A stretch of 60,788 nucleotides of DNA, the filler included, from Bipalium vagum (lineage: Eukaryota), in NCBI GenBank assembly GCA_037834085.1. It is 3 parts of 3 records of this genome, joined end to end, with 100 filler letters (N's around TTAATTAATTAA, not from the genome) between each part and the next. Parts side by side here need not be neighbours in the genome. Positions count along the whole stretch, not along the records: positions 1 to 20,243 come from JBBMKC010257157.1; 2 more parts are not named here. One strand, written 5' to 3'. Positions within the stretch are counted from its first letter, which is position 1. Each line of letters begins with the position of its first letter. Below are positions 1-11,782 of this stretch, piece by piece. The notes under the pieces are model-generated. The model did not search any database. It saw only the letters and a program-made list of their open reading frames with translations, and was not told the DNA's origin. Made by a program: the position numbers and the translations under genes.

Positions 1-12
1 TATAAACAATTG

Positions 13-85
13 ATCAATAAAGTTTTGAAATCACAAGATCAATAAAGGTTTAAAATCACAAGGTTAAAGTTTTGGATGATCACAA
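13..85. repeat. Short imperfect tandem repeat, ~26-bp unit (gatcaataaaagttttgaaatcacaa), about 3 copies
   Basis: Two near-identical units followed by a third diverged unit ending in atcacaa. Confidence 0.6.
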
Positions 86-239
86 TTATTTATAAAGTTA
101 TTGTCTATTTGCAGGATCACTTCTTGTCTTTGTTTGATGTTGTCGAAGTTTTTTGCGACTTTGATCGTAGTCTCCACAGATAATATAAATTGCCATAAAA
201 CTTTATAAATCTGATTAAATTTTCTTTATTAAGAAGCAC

Positions 240-720
240 TTATTGAAAATGCAAGAGTAAACCTAACAATTTTTGTGGCTCTTTCACAACAGCAGACCAG
301 AAAAAAGCTAACAATGGAAATTAAACATTTATAAAGTTTATTTTTTATATATAGTGGGAAAGCATGATAAGATCCGAGTGTCTCTCATAATTTGTATATC
401 TCATTCCACCTTGACAGGATTGTAATCTGAGAAAAAAATGTATTCAGTTTGCATTGGCACTGATCTGGAGAGTTCCTACTTATCATTCAATAGACTGCTA
501 CTTTTGCATCAATAAAGTGGTATAAATTAGAAAAATAAAAAGACGATAGTATTCCTAGTTATTCATTTAGCCATACGACGAAGCATTCATACGATCTCCC
601 TATTCCAAAACCACATATGGGTTTACCTGAATTGCACCAAAATGATGATGTTAAAGACAATACCAGTAGTGATGACAACAACCCTTTTGAAGAAGAACTG
701 CCAAAGTTAATTACACAATT
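240..720 (+). mobile_element. Chapaev-like (CMC superfamily) transposase pseudogene, N-terminal fragment
   Basis: Manual translation through stops and frameshifts gives KCKSKPNNFC..GSFT, VGKHDK, LIWRVPTYHSIDCYFCI and LPIPKP. These match the Chapaev N-terminal Cys-rich pattern (C..PD.FCY.CG; W.EP..H..DCYFC). Confidence 0.7.
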
Positions 721-962
721 TTAATGTAAGATTTCTAAATTTTAGTTGTAATAAAATAACTTATTTAAATTCTCATTATTATAAAAAACATTTAGAAAAA
801 GTTTATCAATTTAAAATTATTCGTAAGATACTAATAAAAAATAAATAAAACATTTTAATATAAGATTTGTTGATTCAAAGAGTTTTACTTTATGTCTACT
901 TAAAGCTATTCCAAGTTCATTTGATTTTAAAGGTACAAAAAGAGGTACAAAATATATAAACT

Positions 963-1243
963 AGGTGCCTGAAAATTTGAAGGTTTATATAAAGTAAAAA
1001 TTGTCATATTTTTTATGGATTTGTTTAAAATATTTCTATCCAAAAAAAAATTGGTACACTAGCTTTCATAAAAAAAATCATTAATTCATATATAGATGGA
1101 AATATATAAATTGTCTTACTTTAACATTTCTTTCATATAATAATACAATAATTGCTATATTATTAAAAAAAAATTATTTAATTTTAAAATTGTTAGTTAA
1201 TGGATTTAAATAGTTAATTTAAACAAAATTTTTTCAGGCACCT
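963..1243. mobile_element. ~280-bp non-autonomous TIR element (MITE)
   Basis: Perfect 13-bp inverted repeat AGGTGCCTGAAAA (963-975) / TTTTCAGGCACCT (1231-1243) around an AT-rich non-coding interior. With GG..CC ends the flanks are taaacta/tcaacta, a possible decayed target-site duplication. Confidence 0.5.
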
Positions 1244-1599
1244 CAACTATAATAAATCCCAAAAAGATATTTCCCACATTATTTCAATACAAACCAATAT
1301 TATATTGAAAAATATTTAGAATTTTATGGTTGTAATTAAATAAGTGATAAAAAAAGAAAAATTTTAAAACAATTGCATGAAGAAAAAATCGAGCGAAGCA
1401 CACGACAAAATCGGTTAAAAAAACTTCCAAAATTTTTAATTTTCCAATTTAAATATTTTTTTATTGTTTAACAGATGTTATGAAATTAAGAATAGGTTGT
1501 TCAATTTATAGAGATTTATTTTTAAATATAATCTTACTAAAAACAATAAATAAAATTTAATAAAATAAATATTCAACGTGCAAAAAGAGAAGGAAAAAC

Positions 1600-3134
1600 G
1601 GTTTAAATTTCGTTCTCATACCTCTTTTTTTATATGCTCTAAATTATTTATTATGTATCTACGTAAGTCTTTAAATATATATTTTAAATTTAATTTTTAA
1701 CTACTTAACTATTTAAATAAATTATTTATACGATAATCTCAGTTAAAATTCTGTTAATAATTAAAAAATTTACGATAAAATCTAAAAATTTTTTAATTCG
1801 AACCGATTTGAAAACAGGTGTTTTCATTAAAGCATTATTGTTATTAATTCCATTCAGTTCAGATAAAAAGACTGCTGATATGATATAAAAATCAAAATTT
1901 AGAAATTTAGAGATGAATGATATTATCGAATCTCAAGATGAATGCGATGAAGGATCAGGAAGAAGACTTCATTATTGATATTCCACAAAATGTCTTATTA
2001 TGTATCTATAACAAATTTCTTATTTTTAACTATTAAAAAATTTATGATTAAATCTAAAAATTGTCTATCTACCGAAATATGTATATATAAAACATATTCA
2101 ACAATTATATGAATACATTTATAAAATACATTTTATGCATGGTTTTCCTGTTTCTGCTGATTATCTAAAATTTAAAACGTAATATTAATTTTTTATTAGT
2201 ATTAAATTATTTTTAATAAAACTCCAACGCTTTTAAAAAACCTTCCCATAAATTTTTCTTATTTTTCCTTCTCCAGATACATTCTGATAAATGCCCATCA
2301 ATAAAATCTTTTTTTCTATTTCCTGGTCTTATTTGCATTTTGAGAGCATTCACATATGTTATATGTTAATGAATGGTTAACTGTTTCATGTCCATACCCA
2401 TATTTGGATAGTCCATTATAGGCTTTCCACATGTCAGTATAAATGATAGATCCTGCTCTGACATGTTTTGTGATTACGTCCAATAAAGTATTCGAGAATC
2501 TGTCTGGTACCTTTGTTAAAAATATCTTTTTTCGCCTGTTTTACAATACCACCGAGTACCCATGCCTCTTCAACGTGATGTCCTCGATATTTTCTTTTCC
2601 CCATTTTTGTCTCATCTATTTCTACTATTATCCCTTCATCCCCAATAATAGTATCTTTGAAATCCAATGAGTTGCTTATTATTGTTTGAAATGATTTTTG
2701 AAAGTGGAAAACGGTTTTTGGACTTGTTTTCGTGCAATCCTTAATGAATACTGCTGGCATTTTATTTAACCAGTAATATGCAATTAACAATATTTTAGAG
2801 CATTGAATATTATGCCCTTCAAAAAAAGAATCCTTTCTGTTTGGTACTGTCTTCTTGCATATTTTGATTCCACACCTGAACCTTTTATTCCTCATTTACA
2901 GATTCATAGGTTTCTGGCATTATGGGCAAATTCTTGCAATTTCTAATATATTTTTTCGAATAAAAATTTGATGCATTTTTCTTCATTTAATAACATTTCT
3001 TGAATTTTGCGAAACTCCGGAACCATCTATAATAACTAATTAAGTATTTAATTTAATATAATTTGGAATCAAATTTCAAAAATTATTATAAAAATTATAA
3101 TTAAAAAAGTTAAATATGAGAACGGAATTTTAAC
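1600..3134 (-). mobile_element. Merlin (IS1016/IS1595-like) DNA transposon, decayed
   Basis: Imperfect TIRs gtttaaatttcgttctcata (1601-1620) and tatgagaacggaattttaac (3115-3134) enclose a Merlin transposase pseudogene. There are subterminal repeats near 1650-1790 and 1995-2065. No TSD seen. Confidence 0.75.
2215..3027 (-). pseudogene. Merlin/ISXO2-like DDE transposase pseudogene
   Basis: N-terminus MVPEFRKIQE..ICP*CQKPM (zinc ribbon with a stop), then IVEIDETKMGKRKYRGHHVEEAWVLGG and C-terminal HLSECIWRRKN..LWEGFL. Contains stops and frameshifts. Confidence 0.85.
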
Positions 3135-3754
3135 AAAAATTTTAAAACCACTGCAAATTTATTAATATAAAAAAATTTGATTTTGATTGGCTAATGTGGA
3201 TAATGCTGCTATCCATTTTATTAACTGAAATTTGTTCTTATTATTTGTTTTAATAAAAGATAGAAATAAATACTCCAAAGTCTTCAAAATTCAAATCCTG
3301 TAGATATTGTAATGCTAGAATTTATTTTTTTAATTTTTTAATATTTTAAAAAATAATAAATTTTAAAAGACCAAAGTCAAATATCAAATATTGAATAAAC
3401 CCAATTTGGTTTTGATTTTTTTCAAATTTTATGATTTTAATGAATTTTATTTGAAGATTGATTGCTGTTGTATTGCGGTTCCACATTTTAAAAGAATAAA
3501 TTTGAATTTTTTAATATTTTGTATTTTTAAAAATTTAATATTTATTTCAATTTCTGAAATTTCTGTTTTTCTTATTTTTTGGTTTATTCAATATTTGGTA
3601 TTCATAAAATCATAAAAATTGTAAAATTTATAAAAATCATAAAATTTACAAAAATCATTAAATTAGAAAAAAATGAAGACTAAATTAGGTTTATTTTGAA
3701 GGTCTTTTTTTCATAAAAAAATTGTGGGTACAAACGGAGTACGAGTTAGGGTAA

Positions 3755-4294
3755 GGTTAATATTCAAATTCTCATGCTTTCTGTGCCTGTGGGACAGTAG
3801 AGAAGACTGTGAGCATTACTCCAAAAAAAATTGGTCTAATATAGTTGAATTTATTCCTGGTAAACATAGCGTCCATATAATGCCTTTGGTAGAGGCAGAA
3901 AAGGTTTTATTATCTGCATTACAGATCAAGTTAAATATGATGAAGACGTTTATAATTAACATGAAGAAGAATAATACCGCAAATGAATACCTAACCAACA
4001 GACTTTCACAAAGAACAGGTATCAGAGCAAATGGCAGACTATTACTGGCAATTAAACCGTAACAATGCCCCTACTATTCATTGTAGAATAGCTCATAGAA
4101 AACTTTAATTTGTAAATAAAAATAATTTTCTTTAAAAATTAAGTGTTTGTCTTATTATTCGTTAAAATGTATTTTTTCCTGAACTAGATATCCTACAGGT
4201 AAAAAGGACTTCACAATCGAAATCTGGTGCAAAAATAAAATATATTATCATAATGCCGTCTCCGATACAAAAAGTTAAAATTTGTAAAGTAGTG
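3755..4294 (+). mobile_element. Chapaev-like transposase core fragment plus right terminus
   Basis: ORF 3724-4062 contains CFLCLWDSR..EHY...W and PLVEAEKVLLSALQIKLNMMKTF (compare CFLCLWDSR / LPPLHIKLGLMK). The end caaaaagttaaaatttgtaaagtagtg finishes in GTG, as expected for CAC..GTG termini. Confidence 0.7.
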
Positions 4295-4337
4295 TTGTAG
4301 TTAGACAATAATTTCTAATTATGACAACACCTTTAAT

Positions 4338-4960
4338 TTGTTTATCATTAGTAATTTCTGTTATTTTATAAGCACGAGCTTGGCACAAATGCGCTATTCA
4401 ATCAAGAAAGTAGTATTGGTTTATGTCATCAGAAATACAGCAAAGAATTTGATTATCCGAGAATGCTTTTGCTCTTATTATCTGCTGCAAAATGAATCAA
4501 GTATGGTATTTATCGATGAATTCGCCATCAGCTGTTCCACAAGATTCAATCACGAAAGAAGCCTTGTGAGGACATCAGCAAGAAAAAGTGTTCGTGCAAT
4601 AAGCTCAAAAAATATGTCGGTTTGTGCAGCAGTAACAAAATCCAGATTTATCTCTTTTATCACACGTGATAAAGCGTAAAATTCTGAAGGCTTTAATGCT
4701 TTTTAGTGGATCTGTCATGGATTAACATCTTGAATAATAATTATGGATAATGCAAATCTGCAAAACAGCTAGAAATAGAAAAACAATTGAAGATCATCAT
4801 TTTCAGCTGAATTTTCTACCACCTTGCACACCGCCACTGAATCCTATTGAAGAGGTTTTCGCAAAATGGAAATATTACATCAAAACAGAAAATGCAAATA
4901 CTATTGAAGAGTTAAATCAATGTATCAGATCCCATCATATTTTTAGGTATCTTGACTGAT
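4338..4960 (+). mobile_element. IS630/Tc1-like DDE transposase remnant
   Basis: VFIDE motif in ORF 4338-4679 and FLPPCTPPLNPIEEVFAKWK (compare FLPPYSPFLNPIE) in ORF 4750-4959; frameshifted. Confidence 0.75.
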
Positions 4961-5705
4961 CCCTTTATTATAATATTATTATGTACGCGTTTTTGTTTCA
5001 GAATTTTTATTATTTTGTGCCATTTTGGTTTTGTGAGCAGCTTATTATTATTAGTATTATTACTACTATTTAACGAGAATTGTGAGTATTTGAACATGTT
5101 TTTGAACTATTAAATTTTTATAAAGTGTCCTTTTTAAAATTCGATTTGATAATATATTAATTAATTTTAAAATATTAATTTAATTTTAAAATATCTTTTT
5201 TAAAAAATAATAATGTAATTGTTTCAATAATATAAGTAGTAATAAAAATTTTAAAAGTGGAAAAATTTTTTCGCACAGGTAAATATCTTAGTTTTTATAA
5301 AAACAAAATAATTAATTAAATATTATTAATAGTTCATTATAATATAAATCTTACATTTTAGTTATAAAATATGAAATCAGATTATCTGAGATTGACTGCC
5401 GAAATGAATAAAGGAAAAAAGAAAGAATATACCTGATGTTTGCGAGGCACCAGTGCTTGCTGGAAGACATAGTTGTGTGATACTGAGGCTGGAAAACTTT
5501 TATTTAATTGAGTAGCAGAGTTACCACAGTCAGAAACTAAGTAAGAAAAAATTTGAGAAGCGAAAGAAAAAAAATACAAAATTAACTATAATTTACGGAG
5601 AATACTATAAGAATCAAAATTTTGATAAAATAATATTTTGTAAAATCAATTTTTTTTTAAAAATTTCAGAGAAACTCAAGCAATAATCTCTTAGAATGAT
5701 TTTAT

Positions 5706-7841
5706 TTACGAAGCTGAAAAATTTAATGGTAGACCATCAAGTATCTTTTGTCCTTTCCACCCTCCGTCACTGATTTCTTTATCAGACAATAATCTGAAAT
5801 CTTTATCCATCTTACAACAGGTCTCAAAGATCTCCCTGAAAACCTTAGGATGTGTAAATAAATTTATATGAAAACTTATTATGTGTTTAATAACGTCTAT
5901 AATTAAAGATCTTGAGTACCAATTGCATTTTGAGCACATATACAATAAAATGCCATTTCGTTTATAAACATGTACAGAATATGTTTTAAATTTATCTAAT
6001 ATACTTTCCAAGACTGGAAGACTGTCAAGGCACTTCTCAATCTCACAAAGAGATTTCAAAATTGATGTTGAATATCCTAAACAAACTTCTCTTATTAATT
6101 CTAGATCTTTCTTATAGAAAGATTTAATAGTCTCAGAAATTAAGCTTTGGTCTTCTGATTCAACTTCGCTATCTGTAAGCATCTCATTGGCATTGATGGT
6201 ATCTAGTGTGATTTCATTGTTTATCTGATTAATGAGTTCACAATCGTGAAATAGGTTCATTTCTAAGTTGCCTTTCGAGACTTTCATGACAGTCTGCAAA
6301 TATTTTCCTCCCAAACCACAATGAGTTCGAATAATGTGTTTCTTGATTAGCAAGTAAGAATAAATAGATGAATAGCCACATTCTTCGCATGTATAAGTCC
6401 TTGAATTTCCTTCAAAGTTAATTATCATTCGAAAATTTGGTAATAATCGCAAATTTGAGGAAAGGTAAGGCGTGACATCAGAATTTGTAACATTTAATAG
6501 TTTACGAAGAACTCTTTCAGAATAACCGAAAACGTGACTGACCTTTTTCGAGATTTCTTTCTCAGACATTTTTAATTCCATTATATTCTCATTACATTCC
6601 GCTGGGTTGAAATCAGTAAGTTTATTCGATTTCCTATTTACCGATAAGTCATTCTCCTCTTCTGACAGATATCCGGAAGCGTTTAAAACCTGTCTTTTAA
6701 TATTACTATTAATTAACCTTATTATTTTATTGTCCGAACATAGCTTTATTTCCGAATTGTTCTTTGTAACTATCATAATCAAGGATATATTTTCTCTGCT
6801 AACTCCACAATGGATTCGAAGAACGTGTTTCCTGATATTTCTATAGGAATAAAAACTGGAGTGGCCACAATTTTCACATCTGAATATTTTTTTTGCTCCG
6901 TATTTCAAAATCGAGATTGGGTAATTATGCAGCGTACTCAGAATAGACTTGAAATCTTCTACAATAGGGGTGTTAGATATAGCCAAATACTTATTCAACA
7001 CTTTTTCAGAATAATTAAAAAAGTAAAGTTTTTTCAAATCAGGTTCTTCAAACTCCCCTTGAATTTTCAATAAACTCTGTCTACTGTTCAATTTGTCACT
7101 CGAAACAGCATTTTGTCTTTTGTCCGGTATAAATTCTGCATCTTCGTTTAATTTACGTTTTGCTTTCTGTGTTTTGGATATAGATTTATTGGTTTCCATC
7201 GAATTATTTTCCTCAGTACTAAAACAATCGGGATCACTTTCATCAGTCAAAGAGTATTTTATTGTTGACTTATAAACCGAGTTTTTTGGTAAACGACATT
7301 TAGAATCTGGACATATTCTTTTCCGTCTGGGTTCCATATTAGATAAGATTTCATTTGATTTTATTTTTTCATTCACCGAATTGACCTCGCTTATTTGAAC
7401 ATTTATATCTCCATATTTACAGTAAAATATTTTTTCTCTGTAATTGAACATCTTTTCGTGTTTCATTTCAATTAGATGTTTCTGAAGAATCTCAGGATTA
7501 TCAGTGATAAATAGACAATTACCATCAGAACAATGATACATGACTTTAAAATTATGCATAAGATGAAAATATAAATCATCCATTGTTTCAAATTCTTTGG
7601 AGCACATGAAACATTTACTTAAGTTATGATGATTGTAAATCATATGACTCAAGATAGATTCCAGATTTTCCGCATTAATCGAATCATTGCAGAATTTGCA
7701 TATCTCTACACTGAATTCGCTCATATTAAAGTGATTTACTATATGGGAAGTAAAGTGAGCCCGTGGAATATTGATGGAGCATATAATACATTGGAGTGGT
7801 TCGACTGATGAAATATATTTCAAAGTTTCAAAAGAAGCCAT
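5706..7841 (-). CDS. C2H2 zinc-finger protein, 711 aa, with N-terminal fingers and three repeated finger-centred modules
   Basis: Uninterrupted 2136-nt ORF in very AT-rich DNA. About four C2H2-like fingers in aa 18-128, basic NLS-like patches (PRRKR, KAKRK), and three C-x2-C-x13-H-x4-H modules. A tttcag acceptor lies 2 nt before the ATG. Confidence 0.88.
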   Translation of the reverse strand: MASFETLKYISSVEPLQCIICSINIPRAHFTSHIVNHFNMSEFSVEICKFCNDSINAENLESILSHMIYNHHNLSKCFMCSKEFETMDDLYFHLMHNFKVMYHCSDGNCLFITDNPEILQKHLIEMKHEKMFNYREKIFYCKYGDINVQISEVNSVNEKIKSNEILSNMEPRRKRICPDSKCRLPKNSVYKSTIKYSLTDESDPDCFSTEENNSMETNKSISKTQKAKRKLNEDAEFIPDKRQNAVSSDKLNSRQSLLKIQGEFEEPDLKKLYFFNYSEKVLNKYLAISNTPIVEDFKSILSTLHNYPISILKYGAKKIFRCENCGHSSFYSYRNIRKHVLRIHCGVSRENISLIMIVTKNNSEIKLCSDNKIIRLINSNIKRQVLNASGYLSEEENDLSVNRKSNKLTDFNPAECNENIMELKMSEKEISKKVSHVFGYSERVLRKLLNVTNSDVTPYLSSNLRLLPNFRMIINFEGNSRTYTCEECGYSSIYSYLLIKKHIIRTHCGLGGKYLQTVMKVSKGNLEMNLFHDCELINQINNEITLDTINANEMLTDSEVESEDQSLISETIKSFYKKDLELIREVCLGYSTSILKSLCEIEKCLDSLPVLESILDKFKTYSVHVYKRNGILLYMCSKCNWYSRSLIIDVIKHIISFHINLFTHPKVFREIFETCCKMDKDFRLLSDKEISDGGWKGQKILDGLPLNFSAS

Positions 7842-10800
7842 AACTGAAATTTAATTATAATTAAGATATAAAATAAATAATAATTTTCTTTAATATTTAA
7901 AAACAAAAATTAATATTATTAAATTAATTAAAATTAATTAACGTATTTTGATAAATTTTATCATTTTCAAAACATTAATTATAAAAAATGAGTTAAATAA
8001 GCTTATTTAAATTTATATCATTGAAATAATTATATTTAATTTAATGACTGAAATGCAGTATACAGTACACTTAATTACGGTTGTTTAAATATTTTTAACT
8101 AGTTTTACCGTATTTTGAAATTATTTTGCAATAGATTCCTCATTTCAATATAAATAATTAAATTGTTTTCCTTTATTTTTAAACTTATTTGGTATATAAA
8201 AAGGTTGACGATTAAAAATTTTTTTTACAAACATCTAACTTTTTATGTTACCTAAAGAAGTTTGAAACAAATTAACCAGAAATCAAAAACTTGATAACAT
8301 TGAAGAAAATATTTTTAAATTAAGGCGCATCCACTTACTTATGAGAATTAAATCATTTGTCATGTTTATCAATAATATGTACTGCATCTAAAAATGATAA
8401 ATGGGATTATCTGAAGAAAATATTTAACTTGAATTCAATCTGAAAGATTAAAACGCTCTCTGAATGTTTTAGAAAATCAATAAAAATTGTAATCAGTGAA
8501 AATAAAGAACCAAAAATTGATAAGTCTCATATATTTAATGAACGATTTTGGAATAAATCTGTTCGGATATCCGACTCAAATCTTCTCATTTTCCAATTGT
8601 TGCATACAATATGTTATCAGATTAAAAAGTAGAAATAATTTACTTGAAATAGCAAAAATTTTTGACAAGATGTTAGAAGTTATTTAAAGAAAATTATTTG
8701 TTGAGCTAATATCACCAGATTGTGGTTTATATAAAGCTACATTGTGTTCCATAAAGTAGTTATATATGGCACAGAGACAATCGTGATGACCCCATAATGT
8801 ATGATGATAGAATCATTACACCAAGCTGACTACTGAAGCAAGGGTACTGGGGCTCCCATTCAAAGTTGATGGTCTCTTCAGAAAGCGTGTTCAGGATTAC
8901 CTGCTTGGTAATCTTTAATTTAAGATAAGTTAACTATACCATTCATTGTTGTGCTAAATTAATACATTTGTTTAAATTCACTAATTATTTATTTTCTATT
9001 TGTATTTACCTGTATCATTAAACTCTAATCCTAAGCTTTCCAAAAGGATTGTTCAACTTTCACCCATCCACAAGAATGAACCAAAATTCGATAAAATTGC
9101 GGAGAGGTTTTTTCGTGGTCTTGCATGTAAAAATCTGAGAACATCCTACAAGGGATTCGTTTTTGGTCATAGCTTACTAAATTTCTTAGTTTGGGTACGA
9201 TAGAAAATCTTTCCTTGTTCCACCTCCTTATCTATCTTCCATATTCCTTGCTGGTAACACTGTAACAAAGAATAAATGTAAGCCAATTATTTGAAGAAAA
9301 ACTTCAAAATAAACTCAAAATTTCCATAAAATAAATATTGAAATATTTTTAAAGGTTACAAATAATATCATTGGCTTAAAAGATTTATTTTAATATTAAA
9401 AAAAATCTTGAATTTTTAATTAACATTCCCATTAATCTAAGATATAAAATGAATTGGAAGAAAAATATAATAAAATACAACCAAGTCAGTGTAATCAAAT
9501 AATCAATCAATACGAAATCACAAGAACCAAGGTAAATAATGTCTAATTTAAATTTTCAAGTTGATGAAAATAAATAAATCCCAAATCAGTCAATAATATC
9601 TAATTAACATGTATCAGTAAATAAATCACAAGACAGCCAGGAATATTACGTTAAAATGTTTAAATAAATTACAAAATGGAAATTAAATTTAAAATAATAA
9701 TTTAAACCAAATAATCGGTCTCACCGGAACTATCAACGGATCCCCAGGACGTCTACTAGGTCCTTTTCAGTCGCCTAGAGTTCCCTAACTCGGCGGGACT
9801 AATTAAAAAATCCTGTTGCATGTTGTCTAAAAAATAGGAGTAAATTACTTTCGCTTAAGCGATAAATTTTGATTTAAAATCTTCCCTTGAAAATAAACTC
9901 TTCAAAATATAAATTCAACAAAAAATTCTTATGACAATTATTTCAACGATAAGTTCTTCTAACGAGTAATTCTATCAATAATAATTTTTCAAAAGTTAAA
10001 TTCTTCCGACTATAAATTCTTGAACCAAGTCTTCCAATAAAATTCTTAGAATTAATTGTCGTCTGAAGAGTCTTTTCTTCGGCGAATTTCTTAAATGAAA
10101 ACCTCGCATTATATAGTAAAATAGTGGAGATTACTCGACGACTACCAATCAATACTTTTGGAAGGCTATTTCCTCAAATGCAACCTAATATCTACTATAA
10201 AATATTAATTATTATCTCGACGACGAGATAAATTATTTTTTTAAGTGTTAAATTCTTATTATCAATAATTAATTAATATTATTCTTTTAAGTAATTTTAT
10301 TATTATTTTAGACCCTTACTTATTATAATATTATTATTTGTCCTTAGTGATCGTGCCTTTGGCGAATCTAACATATCAATCATCACTAAATGTCTCCAAA
10401 ATTTATCAAACGTCAATTTAAGATAACGAAAATATCAATATTTTATTCACGAAATACTTCATGACCAATAGCAAGCACTCCTCTGAATTTTCCGTATAAT
10501 AGGAATGTACTCCGTTAAGAAAATGTCTATTTTTTCCGACCACACGGTTTGATCAACTTCTGATAACACGCTACCAATCTAATACTAATTAAAAAAATAA
10601 AAAATGGTAATAATTTAAATCCACGTATGCAATTATAAAGTGATGTCAATCAATTATTACCATTAATAAAAAGGACAATATGACTAAAACAAAAACAACA
10701 TGATGTAGCTATTTCGAAGGAGATCCAAAAATAAAGAGAAATGTTCGCATCAGTGAATTGAATGATTATTATTCATTTGAATTGTAGGATATCTTATTAT

Positions 10801-11702
10801 TATTATTGAAAATATTTTATTATTAATATATTTTTATTAAATTTATTATTATTATTCTTATCTTTTTAAGATTATAATAGGATGCAACCCAACAATATTG
10901 ATGAACGGGATTTGGAAAAATAAGTTTAGGTATTTAAAAGTTTCAGTTGATTCTTGTTATTTTAGAAAAAAATACTTTATCTTTGAAATTTTATGAAAAG
11001 TGTTAGTAAGACAAATATATTATGTGAATTGTTGTATCTGTGTAAAATCTTATTAAATGATTCGATTTCAGTTGCTTTTTAAAATATTTCGTTATTTTAA
11101 ATTTAAATTTCAGTATTAATTGAAGTTCTTAAATACACGAAAAATTCAAAGATGAACTAATAAAAGACAACGAGTTAATCGTTATCTTTAATCATAAAAA
11201 ATACCTTGATAATTAAAACTTAATTAATTTTTCAATACACTTAAGCAAAAATTATTTAAATGAAATTATTATATAATAAATATATTATATTATAAAGTAT
11301 TCCCTCAACTATTTATTTAATGATTGATAAAAAAAGAATTAAAATTTGATTTTGATAATTAACAAACTAAAATTAATTTGGTCAGACTATTTTGACTAAT
11401 CAGCTGATAACCTATATTTAGATCTGCTTTTGACATACATAAATATATAGTTTTAAAAATTGATTTGAGTGATATAAAATCATTTTTCTGAGATATTAAA
11501 ATCATTTATAATGTAAAACATATCAATAAAATCATCTGGCGAAAAATTTTTATGTGACAATTACTATTAACTCTATCAATATGCCTAACTTGACTTCGTA
11601 AACAACTGTTTTAGAAAATTGTTCATTATTCAATAATTGAGTGATTTCATTTTGTAAATTATTGTTGACAATCGAATATTATATCATTTATATGTAATCA
11701 GA

Positions 11703-11782
11703 ATGTCTATTAATCAGAATATAATGGAAAAGAAGCACGTCTTTCCGGATATTGATGAAAAACCAATTTCTAAAGTTCGACG
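11703..11782 (+). CDS. TFAP4: bHLH transcription factor AP-4 (TFAP4/cropped-like), exon 1
   Basis: ATG at 11703 (alternative 11724), reading MSINQNIMEKKHVFPDIDEKPISKVR. Strong donor cg|GTAAGT, phase 2, in frame with exon 2. Confidence 0.7.

Noticed and set aside
1388-1420. Helitron 3'-end-like word cgagcgaagcacacgac
   Set aside because: No proper hairpin or CTAG terminus.
2443-2670. Short ORFs antisense to real or TE coding regions (also 6607-7808, 15803-16180, 22408-22895, 24393-24608, 51424-51615)
   Set aside because: Shadow or alternative-frame ORFs of the called genes, with no motifs of their own.
3391-3615. F/I/L/K/N-rich short ORFs (also 21079-21279, 30632-30856, 50779-50982)
   Set aside because: Composition is what random AT-rich DNA produces; many begin at non-ATG codons.
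8690-8910. GC-elevated segment upstream of the zinc-finger gene
   Set aside because: Stops in most frames and no recognisable motif; cannot be assigned.
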